Part shown: in pieces, positions 1 through 11,624 of the stretch
How the letters are laid out: every line of letters begins with the position of its first letter
Numbering within the stretch: the stretch's first letter is position 1
Source: Biomphalaria glabrata
Taxonomy: Eukaryota
Assembly: GCF_947242115.1 (NCBI RefSeq)
Contig: NC_074722.1
Span: 29,924,340 to 29,988,339, forward strand
Length of the DNA stretch: 64,000 bases
Reading direction: 5' to 3'
Made by a program: the position numbers and the translations under genes
The notes under the pieces: model-generated
The model's input: the letters and a program-made list of their open reading frames with translations, nothing else
The model's database searches: none
What the model was told of the DNA's origin: nothing

Positions 1-684
1 CAGATTCTCTCAATTGACATGAAGGTTATAATAATATTCATCTGCTAATGCCTTTTTAATACATTTTCAGATGATAATCAGTATAATTGTTTTCTTGTCA
101 TCATTTTTACAACTCACTCTGTCTGTATGGCTGTTTGTCTGGTAAAAAGTTTGTACATGTTATTTCTCCTACACCCAATCTTGGCTCAAGCTGAAATTTC
201 GCACAATTATATCTTTTACCTGACAACACAAAATCAATAAAAAAAATTAACCAGTTAATTGACTATTGTGTTTGGTATCTTGAACAAGGGAAAGAAATTG
301 TACTTGACTGAATTACAGTGGTATAAATTATGTGAACACAAAGCTGAAAAATAGGACAATAAGGCTATAGAAACAATAGATAACTATACAATCTTCCATG
401 TTCACAAGCTCTCCTATAGCAGTGTTTACACCCTGTTAGCTTGAGAAGCTTAGATTATGACTTACTAATTTCCCCTTTTTTTGAATTTTTATAAATGCTT
501 TTTTATTGTTAGTCTAAATCTATTACAAATTTACATGACTGATCCAAACTAATTGATACAAGTATGCTTAATATAAGCTTTGTTTTTTTTTTAAAAGTAT
601 TTTAAAAAATATTTTTTTGTTAACTTCTTTTGTAAAGCTATAAAGCTGTAAAGCTAAAATTTAAGCTAGACTCTTACCCAGAGA

Positions 685-2586
685 ATGGAAGAGGTGTGGC
701 AAAGCATTGTTGGTGATGGCCCTTTCTCAAGCTATGCTGAATTTGAAAAAAAATTGACAGAATATGAGAGAGTTGTTGGCTGTGGTAAGTAATAATAGTT
801 GTAATTTTTTAAACAAAACTTTTTTAAGTTACGTAAATTTTAATAGAGTAATTGTTATCATTGCTACTAAGTTTTTCTTAAGATCTGTTATGTTTTTCAA
901 TTATTAAATGCTAGTTGTATATCATGTCATGTGAATTATTTGTCAGTGCATTATGGGTTACTATATAAGCATGAAACTCTTATTCCTAGTCAACTAGCAG
1001 CTTAAAAATGTCCTTATATTTTTTTAATGAAACTTTTAGAATACAATCTTATCCATTGCTCATGTGTCAAAGTGAGGCATGAAACTTGATTACATTTAGC
1101 AGTGTTGAGATTGTTTACTTCTTTGATGAACTAAACATTCTCTTTATCAGTGCCCTTTAATTAAATTATGATATGGTTGTAGTTAGAAAGAAACTTTACT
1201 AAAGTCAATTTATTGCTTTTTCAGCCTTTGCCAAGGCTAATGCTTCAAGTGTTGAATATGAAAACAAGCGAAGAAAACAAATCATTCCTACTGAATATGT
1301 TTATGCAAATTGCACATTTAAATGTGTGCATTTTGGTAAGCCAAGGACTTTATCTACAGGTCAGCGAAAAAGCAAACGGTAATTTCATACTATTTGAGTT
1401 TTTATATTTGTAGATCTATCTATGCCTTCATTTATTTTTTAGTAGTAAATTTAGAATAATCTTAAATGTAAAGCCTCATGCAAAGCTAAAATTATCAATC
1501 TTTTTTATTTATACAAGTGGGCATTGCATTGCAGAATGCTTGGATATGTGGATTTGGCATCAAAACAAGCTAGTTATATTAATTTATAGTAGAAAAATGT
1601 TGTAAAAAGCTTGGAGACAGCCATAATTAGAAAAATTGTCATTGGTGCCCCGGTTTACTTCCCATTGGCTTGTGGGATAACATTACTTAGCTTGGCTTGG
1701 CTCCCTAAGAAGGGGGCTCGAGGTTCGACACCCGGCTCGAGCAGAATTGTGTTTACTGAGCGCCTAAAGGCAGCATGGAAAAACCATCTCCTAGATATCC
1801 CCTCCCCCCCACTGGTCCACAACTGAGATTGGACCAAAGCACTCTAAGCTATAAGCATGAAAGTAGCGCTATATAAAAGCCATAATTTAGAGACATCATT
1901 GTATTGTGTTATCCATGAGGCAACCCATTCCATGCTCTTATAGCAATAGGGATGAAGGAGCATTTATTTGTACAAATTTGTCCTAGCATATGGATTGAGG
2001 AATATGCCCTTATCCTTGTGTCTTTCTGAGTATTTTATTTATTTGAAGATTATGGTTTAGAGTTTTAAAGTATAATTGCTACTTTACTTTTGAGTCTTCT
2101 ATCCTGAAGGCTTTCTAAATTTAGTGATTTTACTAAAGGTGTTACTCTAGTCAAATGTGAATATTCATTTGTTATGAATCTCACTGCTCTTTTTTGTGTC
2201 TGTTCCAGTTTCTTAATGTTTTCTTGAGTTGAGAGGTCCCAAACAGAGGATGCATATTCTATTACTGGCCTAACCAACGTTATTGCTGAATTTCTTGTGA
2301 CATTTTTTTTCTTTTTTTTTCTTGTGTCGCTATAATTTTTCTGTATCTCCTGGCAAATTTCAATCTTTGATATTATCCACCAATTTTTAGTTTTTCTTAA
2401 CTTTCTTATATAATATATATATTAATGTTAAATAGAGATGTTAATGCAATATTGTATTTTTATAGTGTTCTTCCTTTAGACTGCACAGCCAGATTCAAGA
2501 TTAGCTTCAAAAGTGGGGCTTTATATGTTTCCAAGAAATGCCTTGAACACAAATACCATGAACTTGTCCCAATTTCTTCAAAGTAA
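685..2586 (+). CDS. Small 3-exon gene for a stand-alone FAR1/WRKY-GCM1-type zinc-finger protein (about 106 aa). Exons are 685-784, 1225-1335 and 2480-2586; the stop is TAA at 2584-2586.
   Basis: The ATG at 685 sits about 40 bp downstream of TATAAAG (641-647). Donors GTAAGT at 785 and GTAAGC at 1336, and acceptors ttttcag at 1224 and cctttag at 2479, are all phase-1 consistent. The product is MEEVWQSIVGDGPFSSYAEFEKKLTEYERVVGC/AFAKANASSVEYENKRRKQIIPTEYVYANCTFKCVHFG/DCTARFKISFKSGALYVSKKCLEHKYHELVPISSK. It matches the FAR1 DNA-binding domain pattern (F.S.EEF...Y....GF ... C..C.A...V....G.L.V......H.YHEL). AATAAA follows at about 2598. An alternative donor AA|GTAAGT at 2582 would instead continue to unseen exons. 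Confidence 0.55.
1640..1815 (+). mobile_element. SINE family 2 copy (other copies at 31277-31372 and 44040-44195).
   Basis: The shared core is ggttcgacacccg.ctcg.gcaga.ttgtgtttactgagcgcc...aaggcagcatggaaaa.c.tct.c.tagat.tcccc. ORF 1611-1826 lies entirely inside this repeat. Confidence 0.6.
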
Positions 2587-4451
2587 GTTAAGGCTTAATA
2601 AATGTGATATTAATAGTAGTATAAAATGTAACAGAAACAGGAAATAAATAAAAAAACTCATGTAGTCTCAAAAAGATAAATAAATAAAAAGCCCTTTTTG
2701 AAACTAGAACTCAGTAAGAAAAACAATGTCAATCTGCTTTTCCTGTTGATTTTAAATACATGAATGAATTAGCTCTGCACTACACTGTTTAACCAAAGGA
2801 GATGCGTATCAAGGGCCACAATCCAGTAATGAAACTTGTTCATTATGTCACAAATATATTGATACCAAAATCGCGAATAAAATTATAGAAATACCTTTTC
2901 ATTATCAAGAGTGTTCTAAGAAAAGATTTTGTTTAAAATTGAGGAGCATGTATTTTTAAGGGTCACACACAAGATTTGTCAACTGTCCTTTTCCATTCCT
3001 CTCTGTCTTTGCCTTGGATATTTTTAAAATACACAATTTCCTAAAAAAAATTTTAAATTACTCATGTTAATTGCATTTTTGTCAAAATATTTCATGTCAA
3101 CAAAATGGAACTTTTGATTGTGACAAACACATTATTAAAAGTGTGGCTCTCCCATCAAATTTTATGCCCTGAAAACAATATGATAGATGCAAGTTTAAAT
3201 ATTTTAAATGTGAAAATTATTCTCCAAATGATAGTCTGGCCAGAGAGAATGTGTTAATGATATGCTTGTATTTTAAAGGAGTTTCAGTTATCATTAAATT
3301 GATAATAATAAGTAATAAGACAATGGCAGTTGGCAGGGTAGGAACCATAGACAATCTAAATGATAGTCCACAATGCACACAACACTACCAGGAAGTCATA
3401 CTAATAAAAAAGTAATTATATGTAATTGTAATAATGTGTAAAGTAATAATGTGTAATGTAATAATGTGACCTAAGTTGCAGTCTTTCACCTTACATTTGC
3501 CAACATTTAAGTCAGAAATGAAAACCAAAATAATGTTAATTTTAACTCAGCATAAGTGTGTTAAGGTTGACTACATCTTAAATAGGATAAATGAATTAAA
3601 ACAGCCTTTGAAGAACACTATTGAGGTCTATAAATCAACATATTTTTAAGTGTAAAACCATTAGCAACGGTGGTACATTTTTAAAAACAATATGAACTAT
3701 AAATCAAAATGACTTTACCAGTTCAAAGTGTAAAACATTAGAATATAACTTGCAAGTACAAAAATATATTCTCACAGAAACATTTGCTAAAAAAATGTAT
3801 GCCATGTTCATGGTTTAACATAAAAACATAAAATAACTCTTTCTTTGTTAGTAAAATCTCTAAAACTGTGGGTGAAATTACTAAATTTTTGAATCATTTA
3901 TTTTAATTAATTAAAAGAAGAAAAATATAGTTCACATAAATAAATATATAAATAATTCAAGGTATAAATGTAAAAGTAACTAAATACTTCAACAGCCACT
4001 GAAAAAAAATTGGGTTAAGGAAACCTGATTTTTTTTTCAAAATAAATTATCTTTTCCTAATAATGTTTTGCATCATGGGTGGGGAAATCAGGAAAGAAAA
4101 GGAAGAACTCATCATCCATAAGTCTACATCTCAAAGATAACATTCCATTTGACCAAAATGAATTCTAGAGAATTTAAAAGCTTGATATAAACAACAAACC
4201 ATAGCCATATTTTTCAACATAGTCATTTATTTCAAGAATGTATAATGCTAAGAACTTTCTGTGGCTCTTAATACAAGCCACTTTTTTTTTTAATTGGTTT
4301 ATGGCTCATAACATATTGGGGCCAACTGCTTTAAATAACAGTGCCTTTTACTCTCTGTTTCTGAATTTTTGTCATATATTAAATGGAATCCATGTTTATT
4401 ATGAAATATCTAATAGAATAATTAATTTCAACCTTTGAATTATTGATCTAG

Positions 4452-7400
4452 CTTGCTCCTTGCTGAGAGTGGAGCACAGGCAAGAAGACAACAACAAAAG
4501 GAAACCAAAAAGGCCTTTAAGAAAAAACAAACGAAAGCTGCTAAAAAATCTAAACTACAAGATGCCAGCACTCAAACAGGTAAAGTGACTGTTTCATTTC
4601 TATCCAATGTCTGTTGTTCTCCACCTCTTGGGTTTGTAGGATTTCACATTCTTTTATGCTACATTGAAAACAAACACAATAGTAGTATTTTTTGGCTCCT
4701 TTTTTTTTTTTTTTAAGATAACGTCATGCATTAGTCTCATTAGACTTATTTATTATTTAAAAGTTTAATTTAAAGAAACGAATAACTATGAGGGTAGATG
4801 GAAAGGTTTATACTTGCCTTAGGTAAACAAAAAGTCTAAATAAAGCATGCTTACATAAGAAGTTCTATATGTTATCTTATATAATACAGACGTTACTTCA
4901 AAAAAGAAGATGATTACGTCCTACGATGTTAAGCATTACATAGATGACACCACAAAAGGGTATACAATGTATATTGTGATTAAAACCATATTTACTAGAT
5001 AAATAAGAATGGATGAGCCTAGTCTACTAACAAATAAGTAACTTTATGGGATTGATTGAAATAACACTGACATTGCTAAATTTTCCTAGCATGTGTTATT
5101 GTTTTATGTTACAATTTATAGACACTACTTTAAAAATAAAAGGCCATTGTGTTCTTAAGTTATAATTAACAGATGTTCCTTCAAGAAAAGAAAATGATTA
5201 CATCCTATGCTTATCCATATGTTTAACTCTTTCTCTCCTAATTGATGATACCATCATTGATTTGACGTCATTAAATTAATGTTTAATTTTATAAACTTTA
5301 TTTTGTGTTATATAAAATAGCATGCATCTTCCTTTAATTCTATACCAAATAAAACATTTTCTGATAACAAAAGACAATTGAAGCTTAATCATAACAGGGT
5401 AGTGAAATAGTTATGAGCAAAATTAAGAATTCCATCGAAACAGGGAAAAATAATTACAGAGAGAAAGAGTTAATCTAGTCTTCACATGCTATAGAGACTT
5501 AAACTCTGAATGTCATTGGTTTTTCTGACTGATTTAGACAACCTGTTCTATGTTTTGGGAGTATTCCAGTATTAATCAGCCATTTTTTGTTAATGTAATT
5601 TTTACCTTAGTTTATCATTGCATTAACCAATAGAAATGTATTTTTTCTTTGTCTTTATTTGAGTATTTTATTAGGTTATGTCTATATATTTGTAAGTTAT
5701 GAATTTTTGTTCTAAATACTAATATTTTTTTTGTTTTAATCTGATTGTACACCTAAGTACATCTAATTTTAAGAAATTACTCATGGTATTACTCTTGTCA
5801 ATGCCCACTATTCACTCATAATTAACCGTACTGCTATTTATGTTCACCTTTTTTTTTTTAATTGAGCTATCACAATAAAGAAATTATTTTCTAGTATTGG
5901 GTAAATTGTGGAGAATCTCAGAGATATTTTTCTATGAATCTGAGGTGACTTAAGATATTTTATTTACAAATATTGTTATGCAGCTCACTATTATTATTGA
6001 TATGAGAAGAATAACTAAATCTGTACAAATACTTTGGAAGCATATTTTGATAGAACAAAAAAAGAGATAAACAATTATACTACAGATATTTTATTCCTTA
6101 CAATGCCAGATTGCCCTTCATTGAAGTTCATGTTTTAATAAACACTAAAGTTAAAGTCTTGCATGTGAACTCCACCTTTGGTCCAAAACTCAATTACATT
6201 GTCAGATTTGAGCTCTCAATAAAAGTCAAGAGCAAAACATAACCATTTAGACAATGACATGCTTAAGAAAACTAGTAAATGTTGCCAAGACCACTTAAAA
6301 AAGGTTGACATAGGAGAGCATAGTTGATGTCATAGTTCATAGGATCTTAGCTGACTGTTAAGACAATCTCCTCCATGATAACTCTTCATAAAGGAGAAAG
6401 AATAATATAAGTAGAGAACTCCAACTTCTGCCAATAACTTTTTTCAATGTCTACAAAATAATACATGCAAAAAGTTTAGAATGCACCTTAATTTCACAGG
6501 GTTGACAGAACATTCTGGAAGTTGTCACTGTGGGGCAGTGAAGTTCAAGGTTTGGGCTCCAGAAAATGTTGATGTATTTGAATGCAAGTAAGAAAAAGTT
6601 TATGTTCAATTGTAAAATTAATCTCAATCTATCACTGCTCCTTTTGAGATATATCATGTGTACTTTAAAGCTGGTGTCAAAGAAGGAAAAAAACTGTTGT
6701 TTCGTTTTATCAAAAATTAAAAAAAAAGAAAAAACTTTCACAAATCTTTTATCCATTTTCATAATGCTCAGTAGTTCCTCCCCCTTTTACATTATTTAAT
6801 CTTTGGATATATTGTTGCTGACAACTGTTCATTTATTTCTAAGGCCCTTTCTTAATGAGGGTGTCATGCACAAGATCTTTTTGTTTAGCCATTTTGGGAA
6901 ATACTGAAAATTAAATACAAAGGTTTAATAGAAAGCTAGATTGTGAATGTATCAAAAGTTTCTTTCTTAGTAAGCATCTAAGAGGTAAATAACATTTATA
7001 TTTATATATCTGTTACAAATTTCAATGTATCTTAGACTAACATTTTTAAATTGATATTTTTGGTCTTTCTGACAGTTGCAGCATTTGTACCAAGAAGCAG
7101 AATTTTCATTTCATAGTACCAAAAAATAATTTTGTTCTCCTTCAAGTAAGTTGAATTTCATCAATTTCACTACTATGTAGGAAAAGACTTGAATGTAACA
7201 AGCTTCTTTAAGATATATCAATTTACTCCTGCAAAGGCAGTGAACTTATCTTTGAGAGAAAAATTTACCTGGAAATATATTGTTAAAAGTTGTAGAATTT
7301 TTTGTCCATGCATAAAAACACAAGAGGAGAATATGTTACTAACAGATTTAACTGTGAAAATACATAAAGAAAAATACATTTCTTCAAACATATCCTCAGT

Positions 7401-7708
7401 TCATGTAGTACATTTGTCTTTCTATTTAAATATTTTATATATATTAATTTATAATGGTACCACATATACATTCTTAAAAAAAAAGCTAGATAACAATTAA
7501 CTAAAAAAAAGCTAGATAACAATTAACTATCAGTAAATAAAACCTTGCCAATTAGTTTCTTATTACGCAAATTCCATTTTTCTCCCATTTTCCATTCTCA
7601 AATCAAGTTGAAATTAAGCATAATTATTCAGTCGAAAACAATACAATCAATCCAAATATTAACCAATTAAATAATCATTTAGTAGTTAGTAATGAATTTT
7701 ATTATATC

Positions 7709-7740
<32 letters not shown>

Positions 7741-8655
7741 TAGAGTAGAAAGGGAGCTAAACCCTGTAATTTTTAGATTAATGGCAGTAATTAGCAGCTA
7801 TTTCCCTTTAGCTAAGTTTTTTGTTTTAAAAAGTATTCTTTTTTCTATTGCTTGTTTTTGTTACAAAATCATTAAATTTGAATTTCTAATTTTTTTTTTT
7901 ACTGTAAAATGAAGAAGAATTTACATAGCTGATGATGACTAGGATTTCTCTTCTGATATACCAGGGAAGCAATATGCCTTCTGCAGTATTACCATCTGCT
8001 TTAGTGCTACATATTCTCTCTGGAATGTACTTGGATTTGTTTTTGTAGAAATGGCTTTACATGTTGTGCTTGTTCTTTCACAGGGAGAAGGTAACATTAC
8101 AACCTACACATTTAACAAGAAGTTAGCTAAGCATACATTTTGTAAAACATGTGGTGTTCAGAGTTTCTATACACCTCGTTCCAACCAAGACGGCATTGGT
8201 AATAGATCTATATATTTTAGTACTTGTTCATGTTTGTAAGATTGATACATTGTGTACTTACAACTTAACATTTAAATTACTGGTATAAACATAGAACTTA
8301 ACATTTAATTGTTTTGATAAAAAAAACTACCTACAGCCAGTGAGAAATACATTATGCAATCATTTTTTTGCTGAATCAGGCACTTGTGCCAACATAATTT
8401 TAAAGTACCGGTAGATTAAAATTTATTTTCTTTAGGTATCAAGTCTAAGGTCTCCCAAGTGTTTATCTTTTTAAGAGCTTATCATTATCTACTTAGGTAT
8501 ACAATCAGTTAAATTGAGGTCTTTTTTTTTTAGGTGTCATGCCTCATTGCATTGATTTTGGAACTATTAAGTCAGTGAATGTAAAGAAATTTGATGGACA
8601 GAATTGGGAAGACTCCTATGCCAAATCTAATATTTCTGTATATTCGAAAGAATAA
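4452..8655 (+). CDS. CENPV: CENPV-like protein (centromere protein V / GFA-domain family), at least 5 coding exons: 4452-4579, 6500-6587, 7076-7145, 8084-8198, 8534-8655. The ATG-bearing 5' exon was not found.
   Basis: The spliced product is ...[163 protein letters not shown]. It aligns near-colinearly with human CENPV (GGCHCGAVRFEVWA...[105 protein letters not shown]). Every junction is GT-AG and phase-consistent (phases 1, 2, 0, 1). The first listed exon starts with an acceptor in phase 2, and an in-frame TGA lies just upstream, so a further 5' exon must exist. Confidence 0.85.
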
Positions 8656-11624
8656 TGTTATTCTTGTTAAACAAAATATATTTATAAAATTTAAACAAGA
8701 TGTGTGTTGTTGTTTTTTTGTTACTAGTCTCTACTGTAAATATTTCAATAGTCATGCCACCTTTGCGCTAAAACATTATTTTTAGCATTTTTATACCATG
8801 TATTAAGATTAACAAATATTATTGTGAAAGTCTAGGATGTAAGTAATGTATATGATAAAATATCAACTCTTGAGAGTTTAATCATAATATTCATTTAATG
8901 TGATCTAGCTAATTATATTTTGATAAAAATGCTCCATTAAATAGAACAAGTTACTTTTTTTACTGTGTCCTTTTCACAAAGTAGACCTCAAAAAATGTGT
9001 TTATTACAAAGTTTGAAAAATATTTATTGTTTAAAGGCCTAAATGTGTCCTGCTTTTATTTTGTCACACACATTAATAAAAGCTCAAAAAATGCAACCAT
9101 AGTAAATTATCCATTTATGTATTCTTTTTTTTTTTATAATTAGGCTAACAAATCTCAATTTAACAAAAACAATATTACTGGTATCATACAAATGTGTTTA
9201 TTGTTTGGTTCTGGTAAAACACTCCTACAATGTTATTCACAGTACTAATTGCAAACAAAACATTTTCCTTATATAACCTAGCTTAGTGACAAGTCTTATG
9301 CTCAAACATAAGCATACCTAACAGGAATTAAGAGTATTCCCCAGACATCAACTACCAATTAAATGTTTTCAATTTTTTTTATTTTTTTTTTACAATTTTA
9401 AGTTGTCTTAATTTGCATAATAAACAAGAGTCGCAGCATCAGTTTCACACGAACTACTGGTATTATATATCAATGCAGTATACATTTTTTAAAATGTAGA
9501 GCATTCAGAAGTTTCTTATTTAATAGAACTTTATAAAATATTAGAGAAACTACCAAAACATAGGAAATCAGGAAGATGTTAAAAGTTTATAGGAAAGATA
9601 TTAAACTTTTACCTTTCTTACTATTTAAGCTGAAAGTTAATCAACTGAACAATTTAATATGGCAAATGTCATTGAGAATGCTAAGTGTTGCTTGCAATCT
9701 TTTTTTTTTTAATGAATACATTGTTGTTGTTTTTTCATTGTTTAAAAAAATAAAACAAAAAAAAAAAATGAAGTATTTGTAAATAAGTTAAACTTGGCAT
9801 GAGCATCAATCCTATGTTTAGAACACCTGATCATGATGCAGGGGAGACAAACTCAGCCAAACAACAAAATAAAACCTTAAATAACATTGTGTCCCCAAAA
9901 AGTTATGTACAAACATCACAGTAGAACAAAACAATGGTACAGAAAGAAATAGAACCATTCTAGACCTTTCTGTTGATATGAGTTCATTCAGGTCAATGGT
10001 ATGTAATACACTTTTCAAAGTCTTGAAAATGTTGCTTAAAATAAAAAATCAACAATTTTTTTCTAAATCTGAACAAAAGAGAAAATAAACAAACTTCCTT
10101 TAAAAAAACAATACAGGCCTGTACAATCTGGCTGTAGATGAGAAGTAAAGGGTAACTTAATGGTAATATTTAACTAGCACAGAAAATTGGGTTTACAGTC
10201 AACATAAATGTGTAAATGCAATAACAAAAAGTTCCTTGCAAATCTATTAAGACACATTAAGTAAAGGTAGATTTTTTAAATTCCTGCTTCTTTCATATTG
10301 TTCTTATAATAAATGAATTTAAATTTTGAACATAACTTAACACCTCCCCCCTTATTGTTATATCATATAAGGGTGCTACACTTTGTCTTTCTTTTTAACA
10401 ATTCAATCTAAGGAAACAGTCTTCAAGTTCAAAATTTAAGGAAGAGTGCAGTATTTCACATACAGACCCAGATGTGACCTGCATATTTTGCCACATCATT
10501 GGGAGAAATTTTGTTTTAAGAGGTGAAGGAGTAATACATGATAAAAATGCTTATTTTCAGTATGTTCAAATAAAAATTCTATGCATTAATGGAGTTCATT
10601 AAAAACAGATTTTAGTGAATTAATAAACATGTTATTTAAATAAATAGCAAATTGAAAAAGGGAATGGGAATGCCATAGAATAAACCATTGGACATATTCT
10701 ACAGTTCACTGAACATTTTAATGACAAAAGCTATCAAACATTAAAAACGTGAATGACAGCATGGTTGGGGTTTTTTCTTTAGACAAATAGATCTTTTATT
10801 GTGTATTCAGGTAAAGTTTGGCTTTCTTTTAACCAAATATTTACTTTCTGTCTTGTAGATAATTCTTCATGATCATAAAAGTTTGCTGGATGGCAATTAT
10901 CTCTTTCTATTCTGAATAAAATATTTTCAAAATTAAGAAACAAAAAGCAATTCTTAAACAGAATAGAAAAAGTACAATACAAATTGGAATTTCGAATGTA
11001 ACTCAGTAGGCTTACACGAGTGTTTTGTATTAAAAAAATAAGATAAAACCCAAGCACAAAAAAACGATTTTTTAATAAGTCAATAATCTCTCATCCCAAT
11101 AATTTTTGTTTCCACTGGCCCAAACAAATTTTGTGTTTGATCAATGTAGGACAAGGTTCCAAATTTTTTTGATATTTTTTCATCTTTGCAAAAAGATTGT
11201 CTGTATGTAAAGGATTTTTTTCTCACTAGGCTTCATAATATTCATTTCCAGTCTACAATTTATTACAAAGATCTTTTCTAAAAAGAGTGTTTGTAATATA
11301 CACTTACAACAATATGTATACATCTATAGGAACTATGCTGAGACCTAAAAAAGATGTCAGGTAAGCATAGAACAAAAAATATGTCGCAAGCATTTCAACA
11401 AGTGTTGCACTGGAAAGGTCCATACTTTCTTCCTAGCACAGGAGCACTTCATTGTCAAGGGTCCCTGCTAATCACCAGAGCATGAGAGACAGGTTTCACT
11501 TCAACAAGGACAATTATTTCTACAAAAAAAACCTGTGTTGGCTTTTTGTACTTTTTTTTTACATGCTGCAGCGACCAGCTCAAAGATATTGTACATGGAA
11601 AAAAGCGTTTCTGTGGAAAGACTG

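Noticed and set aside
1611-1837. Overlapping + and - ORFs (71 and 60 aa).
   Set aside because: They lie entirely within a family-2 SINE copy.
4453-4716. ORF-track entry starting with M at 4453.
   Set aside because: The codon at 4453 is TTG, not ATG, and an in-frame TGA lies 9 bp upstream. Only 4452-4579 is used as an internal exon, phase-linked to the GFA-domain exon. The remainder reads through the GTAAAG donor into intron.
9818-10018. Minus ORF with the hydrophobic stretch RSRMVLFLSVPLFCSTVMF, considered as the GOSR1 transmembrane exon.
   Set aside because: The true tail-anchor exon is at 11625-11756 (…RKRRDSIILGLVIAVCIILLILYAFH*), with an exact match to human GS28 and a stop directly after the TM. 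The 9818 ORF lacks splice sites and continues about 30 residues past the hydrophobic stretch.
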